Positions 42,655-52,584 of a stretch of DNA of 64,000 nucleotides are shown here, piece by piece; the stretch's first letter is position 1; every line of letters begins with the position of its first letter. Location of the stretch: NCBI GenBank assembly GCA_977020255.1, contig CDROCS010004705.1, positions 62,001 to 126,000 of the forward strand, read 5' to 3'. Made by a program: the position numbers and the translations under genes. The notes under the pieces were generated by a model, which saw nothing but the letters and a program-made list of their open reading frames with translations, did no database searches and had not been told where the DNA came from. Source of the DNA: Obrimoposthia wandeli. Taxonomy: Eukaryota.

Positions 42655-43818
42655 ATGAATCAGCCAGTTCGCGGTTTTACTGTACAAGAATTTGAAAATA
42701 GAACATTACGCGCTCAAAAAGTCATGTGCGATATGAAACTTGATGCAATGATTTTTACTACGGAACCTAATGTTAGGTATTTCACTGGGTTTTTATCTCA
42801 ATTTTGGCAGAGCCCAACCCGGCCTTGGTTTATTGTGGTGCCTGCAAAGGGAAAGCCCATCGCAGTAATCCCAGAGATCGGTGCCAAAGGCATGGCGCAG
42901 ACTTGGATTGACGATATCTTTACTTGGGCATCGCCTAGACCGGAAGATGACGGTATCAGCTTACTGGCTAACACGCTTAATGCCCTGCCACGCCGACATG
43001 GACGCATTGGTGCAACACTAGGCATAGAGTCACATTTACGTATGCCTGTAAATAACTATTTGCAATTAACGACGATGGTCAGTCGTGATTTTGTCGATGT
43101 CTCTTTTGCTGTTCATGAATTACGCCAAATAAAATCAAGCGCTGAAATTGCAAAAACTCGAGAGATTTGTCGGATCACTAATCTCGGCTTTGACAAACTT
43201 CCCGATTATGCCCGAGTAGGCATGAGCGAACGTGATATATGCAAGCAATTTAGCCTTGATATGATGCAAGCAGGTGCAGACCAAACTCCTTTTGTAATAG
43301 CAGGTTCCGGTCCGGATGGCTACTACGACATTCTTATGGGCCCTACAGATCGAAGAATTGAATCAGGTGATGTGCTACTAATTGACACCGGTGCCGTTTG
43401 GGATGGTTATTTCTCAGACTTTGACCGTAACTGGGCGTTTGATACTGCAAGTGAGGAAACCAAATCTGCTTATCGAGCTACCTACGAAGCAACCACTAAA
43501 GGCTTTGAGGCCGCTAGTCGACCTGGAGCAACCACGACTGATATTTACCATGCTATGTGGAAAGTGCTTGAAGAAAACGGGGCACTTGGGAACGATATTG
43601 GCCGAGTAGGTCATGGTTTAGGTATGGAATTAACCGAAAGACCATCCAATACATCTACAGATAATACTCTTCTCAAACCTGGCATGGTTATGACGCTTGA
43701 ACCTGGCATGACATACGCTCCAAATAAAATAATGTTGCATGAAGAAAACATTGTGATTACCGAAGAGGGTGCTCAATGGCTAACAAAGCGTGCTGAACCA
43801 GAGCTCATTATTATTTGA
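42655..43818 (+). CDS. M24 (creatinase/prolidase) family metallohydrolase
   Basis: Creatinase_N-like start; metal ligands LLIDTG, YFSDFDR, GHGLG, LEPG, HEEN. Confidence 0.9.
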   Translation: MNQPVRGFTVQEFENRTLRAQKVMCDMKLDAMIFTTEPNVRYFTGFLSQFWQSPTRPWFIVVPAKGKPIAVIPEIGAKGMAQTWIDDIFTWASPRPEDDGISLLANTLNALPRRHGRIGATLGIESHLRMPVNNYLQLTTMVSRDFVDVSFAVHELRQIKSSAEIAKTREICRITNLGFDKLPDYARVGMSERDICKQFSLDMMQAGADQTPFVIAGSGPDGYYDILMGPTDRRIESGDVLLIDTGAVWDGYFSDFDRNWAFDTASEETKSAYRATYEATTKGFEAASRPGATTTDIYHAMWKVLEENGALGNDIGRVGHGLGMELTERPSNTSTDNTLLKPGMVMTLEPGMTYAPNKIMLHEENIVITEEGAQWLTKRAEPELIII

Positions 43819-43976
43819 GAAAGCTCTATCCATTATTCAATAGTTATTAACGGAAGTTGTTTTCACGAATAAATTAATCGCACGTTATGCGTGCTTTAAA
43901 TTAGTAGTTAAATCTATTTCTATTTTAAACGCCATTCGTAGCAATGGTTTTACGACTCAACATAAAGGGGGCTCGA

Positions 43977-44744
43977 ATGAATTTTGATGAATATGTTAAG
44001 TTTGAAAAAAAGCTGATCCTTGAACCTGCTCCACGGCCAAATAGAGTACACATTGGTCTTGTTCAGCTTGCAAATGATCACTCACTCGAAACTGACTGGT
44101 CTCATTTGATCGGTACGCAAGCATCTCTTTTTAGCACCCGTGTTTATAAAGAAAATGGCATGTCAAAAAAATCGCTCGATGGTATAGCAGCTGGGATTAA
44201 TGAAGCTGCACTTTTAGTTGCCGATGGATTACCTATGGATGTAATGGCGTTTGCCTGTACTTCTGCATCTATTATTATTGGTGAGGAGAAAGTTTCCCAA
44301 TTATTGACGAAAAATCGTTCCAACATCCCAACGACCAATCCTTGGACTGCAGCAAAAGCCTCGTTTAACTACCTACGCGCTAAAAAAATTGCTGTCTTCT
44401 CTCCTTATCCTAGTGATGTGAACTATGCACTACATCAACAATTATCAGAGGAAGGCTTTGAGGTAGTTGCTATAACTTCTCTAGGTGTTTTTGATGATAA
44501 CGACCTTCATAAAGCGTCGCTCAAGAACTTTGAAACAGGCCTTGCATACCTTACAAAAAATACCGGTGCTGAGGTTGTATTTATGTCTTGCACCAGCCTT
44601 CGTGCTGTTGAAAATATCCAATACCTCGAAGAAAAATACGGCGTTCCCATTGTCTCTAGTAACTCAGCCCTTTTTTGGCACGCGATGCACTTAAGCGGAA
44701 AAAGAGCCAAGTGTCCAGGGTATGGGAAACTACTAAACATATGA
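43977..44744 (+). CDS. Asp/Glu racemase / maleate isomerase family (EutA-like)
   Basis: Two catalytic Cys motifs FACTSAS and FMSCTSLR; VSSNSALFWH. Start ATG 43977 behind an AAGGGG RBS. Confidence 0.88.
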   Translation: MNFDEYVKFEKKLILEPAPRPNRVHIGLVQLANDHSLETDWSHLIGTQASLFSTRVYKENGMSKKSLDGIAAGINEAALLVADGLPMDVMAFACTSASIIIGEEKVSQLLTKNRSNIPTTNPWTAAKASFNYLRAKKIAVFSPYPSDVNYALHQQLSEEGFEVVAITSLGVFDDNDLHKASLKNFETGLAYLTKNTGAEVVFMSCTSLRAVENIQYLEEKYGVPIVSSNSALFWHAMHLSGKRAKCPGYGKLLNI

Positions 44745-44814
44745 TAAATCAGTAGGTTGTAATTTAAAAACATTACAGCTTGGTATTTTTGTCTTAATCA
44801 TAAAGGTTACTTCT

Positions 44815-45972
44815 ATGAACGTTGTAAAGCAGGCCATTGAATGGCGGCATACTTTTCATCAACATCCAGAATTTGGATTTGAAGAAGAGTTTACTTCCAA
44901 CTTTATTGCAAAAACACTGGAAAATTACGGTATAGAAGTCCACCGCAATATCGGTAAAACGGGTTTAGTGGGAATTCTTAAAAAAGGAGAGAGCAGTGCT
45001 TCTATAGGGTTAAGAGCCGATTTTGATGCGCTTAAAATTTATGAAGAAAACACTTGTAATCACCGCTCACAGATTGATGGCATGATGCATGGCTGTGGCC
45101 ATGACGGACATACTGCAATGCTGCTTGCCGCCGCCGCACAACTCTCACAAAAAACCGATTTTAACGGCACAGTTTATTTTGTTTTTCAACCAGCTGAGGA
45201 GCAAGGAACTGGAGCGAAAGCAATGATTGATGATGGTCTGTTCAAACGTTGGAAAATTGATAGCATTTTTGCAATGCATAACATGCCTGGAATCGAGCTA
45301 GGAAGTTTCTTGATCAGTCCCTCTTCTGTTATGGCGGCTGAAAATCATTTCAAGATTGAAATATTTGGCCTGGGTGGTCATGCTGCTATGCCGCATTTAG
45401 GCAGAGATCCTCTTATCACAGCATGCAATATATGTACTGCTCTGCAATCCATTATAACTAGAGACTTAGATTCAATTCACGAACCCGCCGTTTTATCTGT
45501 TACTGACATTGAAACAAATGGGGGGGCGAATGTGATTCCCACTACAGTGACTCTGTCAGGTGATACACGTTGTTTCTCTGACGCAACACAAGAAAAGATT
45601 CAAGCGAATATTGAACGCGTAGTTGCAGGGCTATGCGCCTCCGCAGGATTAACATATAGCTATGAATTTTCCAATTGTGTTTTATCTACCGTCAATGACC
45701 CTGAACAGGCGCAAGTTGCAGCACAAGTAGCTCAACGAGTTGTAGGAGAAAATAAAGTGGATACTAGTTGTAAGCCATATTGCACTTCTGAGGATTTCTC
45801 CTTCATGCAAAGGCAAGTCCCAAGCTGTTATCTACTGATCGGCAATGGTGCTGCAGGTCAAAAAGGAGGTACAGCGTTGCACCTTCCCACTTATGATTTT
45901 AATGATGATTTACTAATCACAGGTATTCAGTTTTGGGTTGAGTTAGTCAAAGAGAAGTTAAGTATTAACTAG
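44815..45972 (+). CDS. M20D amidohydrolase (hippurate hydrolase-like)
   Basis: HQHPEFGFEE, RADFDAL, MHGCGHDGH, FQPAEE, SEDF, LH...YDFND. Confidence 0.92.
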   Translation: MNVVKQAIEWRHTFHQHPEFGFEEEFTSNFIAKTLENYGIEVHRNIGKTGLVGILKKGESSASIGLRADFDALKIYEENTCNHRSQIDGMMHGCGHDGHTAMLLAAAAQLSQKTDFNGTVYFVFQPAEEQGTGAKAMIDDGLFKRWKIDSIFAMHNMPGIELGSFLISPSSVMAAENHFKIEIFGLGGHAAMPHLGRDPLITACNICTALQSIITRDLDSIHEPAVLSVTDIETNGGANVIPTTVTLSGDTRCFSDATQEKIQANIERVVAGLCASAGLTYSYEFSNCVLSTVNDPEQAQVAAQVAQRVVGENKVDTSCKPYCTSEDFSFMQRQVPSCYLLIGNGAAGQKGGTALHLPTYDFNDDLLITGIQFWVELVKEKLSIN

Positions 45973-46259
45973 AGAAAATGAACGAGCCTGAGACGCCGTT
46001 GGCAATCAGAGAAATTGGACTTAATTATCGCTAACCATTTAATTCTGACATGCCATTAAGATCGATGCAAAGTCAGGAACTGGTGGGATAAACAGTCACT
46101 GAAATAATATGATTTTTATTATAAAAATAAACAATTGAAAAGGCATTATTATGCACAGAGATAGCGAGCTTAATAAATTCATCGAAAAACAAGGTTTTTT
46201 AGTAAGCCTCAAAGCGACACTTGGCATAAGAGCTATTGTCTTGCTAAAGGAGGAGAAAA

Positions 46260-47045
46260 ATGGCCGATAAAATCATACAAATTGAAAACGTATCTAAAAG
46301 TTTTGGAAGCAATCAAGTTCTGCATGAACTGTGTTTTGACGTAGAACCCGGTGAAAAAATATCGTTAATCGGGCCCAGTGGTTCTGGTAAAACAACTATT
46401 CTAAGAATGCTTATGACCCTAGAGACGATTAATGCTGGCCATATTAAAATCGATGGAGAGCATCTTTGGCATATGCAGAAAAATGACCAATTACTAGCTG
46501 CTGATGAAAAGCATCTTCATAAAATGCGGGAAAAAATGGGTATGGTTTTCCAGCACTTTAATTTATTTCCACATAAAAGCGTTCTACACAATGTGACTCT
46601 CGCTCAAATACTGACAAAAGGGGTATCTCAAAAAGCTGCAGAGGAGCGTGCTATTGAATTACTGACAATGGTGGGTCTCGCTGAAAAAGCTTCTTCAATG
46701 CCTTCTGCACTTTCTGGCGGGCAAAAACAACGCGTAGCTATTGCGCGAGCTTTAGCGCTAGAACCGCGCATTATGCTTTTTGATGAAGTCACGTCTGCGT
46801 TAGATCCAGAGTTGGTGGAGGAAGTGCTAACGGTTATGCACAAACTGGCCGCAGAGACCGATATGACGATGTTGTTAGTCACTCATGAGATGAGTTTTGC
46901 TCATGACTTTTCTGATCGAGTATTATTCTTCGATAAAGGGAGAATCGTTGAGCAAGGTACTCCAGATGAGATTTTTACTCGCCCTAAAGAAGAGCGAACT
47001 CAAGAATTTCTTAGCAAAATACTAGCAGCGGGACAAAGAATTTAA
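46260..47045 (+). CDS. ehuA: Ectoine/hydroxyectoine-type ABC transporter ATP-binding protein
   Basis: [28 protein letters not shown], plus the EhuA-type insertion HLWHM...[13 protein letters not shown]. Confidence 0.88.
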   Translation: MADKIIQIENVSKSFGSNQVLHELCFDVEPGEKISLIGPSGSGKTTILRMLMTLETINAGHIKIDGEHLWHMQKNDQLLAADEKHLHKMREKMGMVFQHFNLFPHKSVLHNVTLAQILTKGVSQKAAEERAIELLTMVGLAEKASSMPSALSGGQKQRVAIARALALEPRIMLFDEVTSALDPELVEEVLTVMHKLAAETDMTMLLVTHEMSFAHDFSDRVLFFDKGRIVEQGTPDEIFTRPKEERTQEFLSKILAAGQRI

Positions 47046-47110
47046 ATAACACAGAGACTAATTTTATATCTCAGTAAACAACAATAAAAAACTAAATAAG
47101 GTAAATAATT

Positions 47111-47971
47111 ATGAAAAAGTCAAAAATAATTTCGTTCGCCACTAAAAGCATCACTTCAATAGCTTTAGTTTCGTGTCTATTACCCGCTTACTCTATAGCT
47201 GCAACAACGCTTGAGAAAGCCATTGAGGAAGGGACTCTCAATATAGCGATCGGTATAGCTCCACCTTATTCTGGGATGACCTCCGATGGCGAAATAACGG
47301 GCGGTGCACCTGATGTAACTAAAGCTGTTTTAAAAGAAATGGGAATAACTAATATAAATGCATCTGTTGCTGAATATGGGGCTTTAATTCCAGGATTGAT
47401 GGCTGGTCGCTATGACCTAGTAGCAGCAGGTCTCTATATTAATAAAAAGCGTTGCAATGCAGTGCTGTTCTCAGAGCCAGATGTTTGTGGAACTGAAGGT
47501 TTTGCTTTGAAAACAGGTAATCCTTTTGGGATACAGTCATATGAAGATATAGCTAAGAATCCAGAGATCAAGATGGGTACGTGTGGCGGTTGTACAGAAG
47601 AGTCTCTCGCACGTGAGGCCGGAATTCCTAGAAGCCAAATCACCACAATCCCCGACGAACAAAGCGCACTTAAGATGTTGCAAGACGGGCGTATCGATGT
47701 TTATGCTTATCCATCACTGTCTATCGCATCTTTGCTCAAGAAGGCTAATGACCCTAGTTTAATGATGATTCCTCAAATTAAAAATACTGATGTTGCCTGT
47801 GCAGGAGCAGTATTTCGTAAATCAGATCGTGAATTTCGCGATGCTTACGATGCAGCTTTGAAGCGTTTGAAAGAAAATGGGAAATTTGATGCGATAGTAA
47901 GCAAATATGGATTCCCACCAGAAACGGCCAAAACTACAACTCGCGAAGAGCTGTGTGAAGGTGAAAACTAA
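47111..47971 (+). CDS. ehuB: Ectoine/hydroxyectoine-type ABC transporter substrate-binding protein
   Basis: PPYS...GEITG..PDV, EYGALIPGL.AGRYD...AGLYI...RC..VLFSEP, KYGF; gene order A-B-C-D. Confidence 0.82.
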   Translation: MKKSKIISFATKSITSIALVSCLLPAYSIAATTLEKAIEEGTLNIAIGIAPPYSGMTSDGEITGGAPDVTKAVLKEMGITNINASVAEYGALIPGLMAGRYDLVAAGLYINKKRCNAVLFSEPDVCGTEGFALKTGNPFGIQSYEDIAKNPEIKMGTCGGCTEESLAREAGIPRSQITTIPDEQSALKMLQDGRIDVYAYPSLSIASLLKKANDPSLMMIPQIKNTDVACAGAVFRKSDREFRDAYDAALKRLKENGKFDAIVSKYGFPPETAKTTTREELCEGEN

Positions 47972-48009
47972 ATTTTCATAATTTTTTTATGATCGTACTA
48001 GTGATTTGG

Positions 48010-48031
48010 AACTGCATGTTTGCATGTAGTT
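48010..48031 (+). other. Intra-operon stem-loop after the SBP gene (possible mRNA stabiliser)
   Basis: AACTGCATG-TTTG-CATGTAGTT. Confidence 0.35.
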
Positions 48032-48095
48032 TCATCTATGAGACGACTTTGTATTTAAAAATCGTTTTTTAATACAAAAAGCGCGTTCTCACGAA

Positions 48096-48764
48096 ATGGG
48101 TTTGCTTATGTTAGATTGGTTTGGTTACTTTGTTCTTATTTTTAATGGCGCGTGGGTTACGATACAGCTAACCATCATGGGGATGGCTGTTGCGCTTGTT
48201 TGTGCTTTTTTAGCAGGTTTGGGTAAGCTTTCAGATAACTCTTTTGCGCGAATATCGGCAAATGTCTATATCGAGTTTTTTCGTGGGACATCAATATTTG
48301 TGCAACTGTTTTGGATTTTCTTTGTATTACCTTTAGTCGGTGTGAAATTTTCTCCCATGGCTGCAGGGGTTGCTGCTTTAGGTTTGAATGTAGGCGCTTA
48401 CGCGGCAGAAGTAGTGCGCGGTGCAATTCAAGCCATTCCTCAAGAACAAAAGGAAGCTTGTATCGCTCTTAACCTTAGTCCTTGGCAGAGAATGCGTCAC
48501 GTTATCATGCCGCAAGCTTTCGTCTTGATGATTCCATCCTTTGGCAACAATGCAATTGAATTACTTAAAGGGACTTCTGTCGTATCGCTTATCACTATTA
48601 CAGATATGACTTTTCAAGCGCAAGTTATTCGTGCTTCAACCGGTAATACTATAATCCCCTTTGTTACGATTATTGTACTTTATTATCTAATCTCTTTAGC
48701 CATAGGCCTATTGATGAAAAAGCTTGAACATCGCCTTTCTTATGGTCTGGACGTTATCAAATAA
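48096..48764 (+). CDS. ehuC: Ectoine/hydroxyectoine-type ABC permease
   Basis: YIEFFRGTSIFVQLFWIFFVLP; FGNNAIELLKGTSVVSLI. Confidence 0.88.
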   Translation: MGLLMLDWFGYFVLIFNGAWVTIQLTIMGMAVALVCAFLAGLGKLSDNSFARISANVYIEFFRGTSIFVQLFWIFFVLPLVGVKFSPMAAGVAALGLNVGAYAAEVVRGAIQAIPQEQKEACIALNLSPWQRMRHVIMPQAFVLMIPSFGNNAIELLKGTSVVSLITITDMTFQAQVIRASTGNTIIPFVTIIVLYYLISLAIGLLMKKLEHRLSYGLDVIK

Positions 48765-48777
48765 TTAGGAGTTAGTT

Positions 48778-49443
48778 ATGGAATGGGATTGGAAATTTGC
48801 ATTAGAAATTCTCCCTCAGTTAATAGAGGGCGTCATAATCACAATTCAAGCGACGTTACTTGGAACTATACTTGCGTTACTGGTTGGATTAATTTGGGCT
48901 ATAGGGCGCCGCTCTGAACACTGGGCTATTCGATACCCCGTTATATGGATTACTAGTTTTATACGTGGTACGCCGCTATTAGTTCAGCTCTATTTTTTGT
49001 TTTTTGTCTTACCCGATATTGGCATTCGATTAGATCCATTGGTTGCAGGTATCATTGGTTTAGGACTACATTACTCAACTTATATGGCAGAGGTTTATCG
49101 AACTGGAATTGATAATATCTCTAAGGGGCAATGGGAAGCTGCGAAAGCGGTAAACCTGAGTTATTCACAAACTTGGATTAATATTATTATTCCTCAAGCT
49201 GTTCCTCCAATGATTCCAGTACTGGGGAACTATTTTATATCTATGTTCAAAGAAACTCCCTTACTATCAGCAATCACTGTTGTTGAATTGATGACAATAG
49301 CCCGCACAGAAGCTAATTTTGCCTATCGTTATCTAGAGCCTATGACAATGGTAGGGATTTTCTTTCTAGTGATTAGTATTCCTGCAGCTTTGATGTTAAA
49401 AAGATTGGAAATGCGCCTTAATAAAGACAGGCAAAGAGCATAA
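48778..49443 (+). CDS. ehuD: Ectoine/hydroxyectoine-type ABC permease
   Basis: MEWDWKFALEILP start, IRGTPLLVQLYFLFFVLP, LGNYFISMFKETP. Confidence 0.88.
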   Translation: MEWDWKFALEILPQLIEGVIITIQATLLGTILALLVGLIWAIGRRSEHWAIRYPVIWITSFIRGTPLLVQLYFLFFVLPDIGIRLDPLVAGIIGLGLHYSTYMAEVYRTGIDNISKGQWEAAKAVNLSYSQTWINIIIPQAVPPMIPVLGNYFISMFKETPLLSAITVVELMTIARTEANFAYRYLEPMTMVGIFFLVISIPAALMLKRLEMRLNKDRQRA

Positions 49444-49524
49444 TGCATAGTGATTAGAGACTGTGTCGCAAAGTTTCGTGGATTAACACATAACGCTTGG
49501 ATTTTTGATGAGAAATCAGTAAAT

Positions 49525-49558
49525 AACCCACCTTTTTAGAAGGTGGGTTTGCTTTTTT
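49525..49558 (+). terminator. Intrinsic terminator ending the ehu operon
   Basis: AACCCACCT-TTTTAGA-AGGTGGGTT hairpin followed by TGCTTTTTT. Confidence 0.75.
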
Positions 49559-49666
49559 TATATTTATATTGAGGTGGTTTCTATAATTTTACAAGTGTAA
49601 ACGCGCACAATAATTAGAATTCAATGCAGCCGCTTTTCCTCTTTTGTAGAAGAGAAGAAAAGCCCT

Positions 49667-50971
49667 TTAACTTTTCCCAGCAGTGCTTTTGATACCGTTA
49701 TCAATGATACTTTCAATAGTCGTAATGGCATTAAGTATACCCTTTTCAGATTGAATTTTTTCTCCCAATACAGCAGCGGCTTCTTGAATGTTTATATCTG
49801 TGGTGACTTTACCAATAGCGTGGGCTAGCTCTGCAGATTTGAGCTTTTTTTGAGACGTTACTTTTAACCCAACGCCTAGTTTAACAATTTGATCAGCCCA
49901 GAAAGGCTGGTCTCCAAAAAATGGGCAGATAATGGTTGGGCGACCCGCTCTTAAGCTAGAGGCGGTTGTGCCAGCACCGCCATGATGAACAATGGCTGCC
50001 ATTTGTGGGAATAGCCAAGCGTGAGGGGCTTGCTCAATGACGAAGATGCTCGCTGGTAAGTTAATGGTCTTTAAACCTCCCCAGCCAGTCGCAAGAATAC
50101 CGCGCACTTTTGCTTTCGTTAATGCTTCTATAATCATCTGGGTTAAGCGCTCTGGATTACTGCCTGACATGCTGCCAAAGCCAATATAAACAGGTGGATC
50201 ACCGGCGGCTAAAAATGATTGTAAAGCAGCACAAGGAGCCCATTGTTTAATATTTGTTTGTGCTTCAAAGATGTATCCACACAGTGTATTAGTAGATGAC
50301 CAATCTTTGGGTTTACGCAATACATGTGGGCTAATAGCGTGAATATTTGGTACCGGTTTATGATTGTGGGTTAGTGTAATGCCTGTGCCTTTGGGCAATT
50401 TCTTAAGCCCCATTTCTTTGATACGGACATTGTTTAAATCTTTTATATAGCTGTTGTAACCCATTGAAACAAGCTTGTAGGTCAGCTTATTGTACCAGCC
50501 CCCCAGCTTTAGGTTGGGCATGGCAAACAGAGGGAACTCTGAGGTTGGTACTAACATGGGCACGAGGGAAATCATAATTGCTGGCACATTGAGCTTCTCA
50601 GCGATTGAGACGGCGCCTAAAGCCTTTAGGTGGTATATGACTAAATCAGGTTTAAAGTCTTTTGCTGCATGCCAAGCATTTTGTATCATCTTTTTGTTAA
50701 TAGGCTTTGCTATTTTAATTAGCTTAAGGGCAACTTTTATACTGCCAATAATACCCATTGAATCCTCGATAATACTATTATCTACATCCAAAAGGGCAAA
50801 GGCTTCATTGGTGATGTAGCCATACTCAAGGCCACTACTTGTTATGTCAGTTTCAAATCGGCTGGCGGTACAAATCATCACAGTATGGCCTTTATCTTTG
50901 AGCGCTTTACCCAAAATAATAAAAGGTTGAACGTCTCCATGAGAGCCAAATGTGTTGATAAATATCTTCAT
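49667..50971 (-). CDS. GT1 glycosyltransferase (sterol 3-beta-glucosyltransferase-like)
   Basis: GSHGDVQPF, PVYIGFGSM, APHAWLFP..AAIVHHGGAGTT...PFFGDQPFW. Confidence 0.9.
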   Translation of the reverse strand: MKIFINTFGSHGDVQPFIILGKALKDKGHTVMICTASRFETDITSSGLEYGYITNEAFALLDVDNSIIEDSMGIIGSIKVALKLIKIAKPINKKMIQNAWHAAKDFKPDLVIYHLKALGAVSIAEKLNVPAIMISLVPMLVPTSEFPLFAMPNLKLGGWYNKLTYKLVSMGYNSYIKDLNNVRIKEMGLKKLPKGTGITLTHNHKPVPNIHAISPHVLRKPKDWSSTNTLCGYIFEAQTNIKQWAPCAALQSFLAAGDPPVYIGFGSMSGSNPERLTQMIIEALTKAKVRGILATGWGGLKTINLPASIFVIEQAPHAWLFPQMAAIVHHGGAGTTASSLRAGRPTIICPFFGDQPFWADQIVKLGVGLKVTSQKKLKSAELAHAIGKVTTDINIQEAAAVLGEKIQSEKGILNAITTIESIIDNGIKSTAGKS

Positions 50972-51102
50972 ATTACCCTATTAATATGCAAGTATTTGGG
51001 AGCATTATTTTAAAATAATGCAGTAAAAGCAGCAGGCACGTTGATGCTCATACTTCATTCCATTACTTAACATAACCTTGTGCTTGCAGGCACGATAGTT
51101 AT

Positions 51103-51636
51103 TTAGTTTTGATACGTTGGTAAACCAACATTCATTGCACCTAAAAAGTCGCGTTTGCCTAAAGGTACGCCTGCAATTCTAAAAATATTGTATAGCGTAG
51201 TGGCGTGAAAATATAAGTTAGGTAAAGAGAATGACTGTAGAAAGCTTTGAGTGCTAAAAGGGATTTCTAGGTCATCTTTGCGAAAATACATCGGGTTTCC
51301 ATATAAAGAATTAATACTCTGTGCATCCACAGCGTCTAACTCTTGCAAAGACAGCTCCAAAAAGTTTATTAACGCGAGGAAATCCATTTCAGGCAGGGGC
51401 GCAGATACTGTGAACTCACCCTTAAATAATCCATTTATAGCACCAATCGAATGATGTTTAACGGAGTTAACTTGAAACGGCAGTGCCGCCATATCATCAG
51501 TTAGGCGCATAGCAAGCATATCGTTTATATTTAAGCCCTGTGCCTCAAAATGGCTACTACTTTGCTTCATGATACTGATGGATGATCCTACAACTTGCTT
51601 GTAAGTACCGACGCTTAATTCATATAGACTAATCAT
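51103..51636 (-). CDS. DUF1993 family (DinB-like) protein
   Basis: MRLTDDMAALPFQV and SLPNLYFHATTLYNIFR..GVPLGKRDFLG. Confidence 0.85.
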   Translation of the reverse strand: MISLYELSVGTYKQVVGSSISIMKQSSSHFEAQGLNINDMLAMRLTDDMAALPFQVNSVKHHSIGAINGLFKGEFTVSAPLPEMDFLALINFLELSLQELDAVDAQSINSLYGNPMYFRKDDLEIPFSTQSFLQSFSLPNLYFHATTLYNIFRIAGVPLGKRDFLGAMNVGLPTYQN

Positions 51637-51843
51637 TTTTTTTCCTACTTAAATTAGTAAAACCAAATTATTAAAGCTTACAGAACTACTATAACGTTAA
51701 TAACGTTTTTTTCTGTGCTTTAAGGGGCGAGCTATGACAAATAACAGACTCTTCTTTAAAGAGCCCAGTAATGCATAATTTAAACATCATACAGGGGAAA
51801 GACAAGGGCACTTTTCTTTGCAAGATCATTTTAAAATTGCACA

Positions 51844-52494
51844 CTAACTTTTTGATGATAACCTTTTCTTTAGCTTAATTTGCCACTCGGGTGCTAACTC
51901 ATCCAAAGCCAGTGCTTGAGACAGTATGTTTTCAGAGTCTACATATTGCTGATCAAAATAAGCTTGAAAGAGTTTTTTAATAGAGATGCCATGAGTCGCT
52001 TTTTTTTCAACTGAGACTATATCTCCAGTTTTGGCGGTGCCGGTTTCTAGTACTCTAAAATAAACGCCGGTGCAGTAATATTGAGTAAAAAGTTTGGGCG
52101 CTACTTTATTATTAAGAGCAAGGGCTAGCTTAAAGCAGGGGACTCTTGGTTGGCTTACTTCAAGTAGTGCTGTGCCGATGCGAAACTGATCCCCGATATA
52201 TATATTCTCTTCACAAAGATTTGAGATGGTGAAATTCTCACCAAACATGCCGCTTGATAGATTTTTGTTATCAAAAGTATCTTGCCAATAAGCATAGTGA
52301 TTAGATGAAAATGCGTACACGGCTTTATGCTCACCACCGTGATAAACGAGGTCTGCTTGCTCATCGCCTATGATGTTCATCTTCTCAATAACCACTTCAT
52401 CACACGTCGGTACTTTAAATATCCCCGTCTTTATTTCTTTACCATTGTGGATAACTGTTTTTGCTTTTGAAATATTGGTTGAAATTATTTTCAT
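51844..52494 (-). CDS. MOSC domain protein (YiiM-like)
   Basis: KTGIFK.P, GDEQAD..YHGG..KAVY, FGENFT, EVSQPRVPCFKL, GVYFRVLE.G. Confidence 0.9.
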   Translation of the reverse strand: MKIISTNISKAKTVIHNGKEIKTGIFKVPTCDEVVIEKMNIIGDEQADLVYHGGEHKAVYAFSSNHYAYWQDTFDNKNLSSGMFGENFTISNLCEENIYIGDQFRIGTALLEVSQPRVPCFKLALALNNKVAPKLFTQYYCTGVYFRVLETGTAKTGDIVSVEKKATHGISIKKLFQAYFDQQYVDSENILSQALALDELAPEWQIKLKKRLSSKS

Positions 52495-52584
52495 GTATAT
52501 ACCGATTTATAAAGATGAGCTAGCGCCTAGCTTTGTGGCTGATAAAGCTTGGGCGCTCTGGAGTAATACAATAAGTGCAATTGA

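Noticed and set aside
42655-43818. Calling the M24 gene eutD/doeA or dddP
   Set aside because: It lacks the EutD N-terminal motif as I recall it and retains metal ligands; there is no positive sequence evidence for DddP either.
46218-46240. Sigma-54 promoter upstream of ehuA (TTGGCATAAG...)
   Set aside because: No GC at the required -12 spacing.
17075-50971. Sterol pathway linking the sterol-desaturase-family gene and the sterol-glucosyltransferase-like gene
   Set aside because: They are over 30 kb apart, both families are broad, and there are no squalene epoxidase or cyclase genes.
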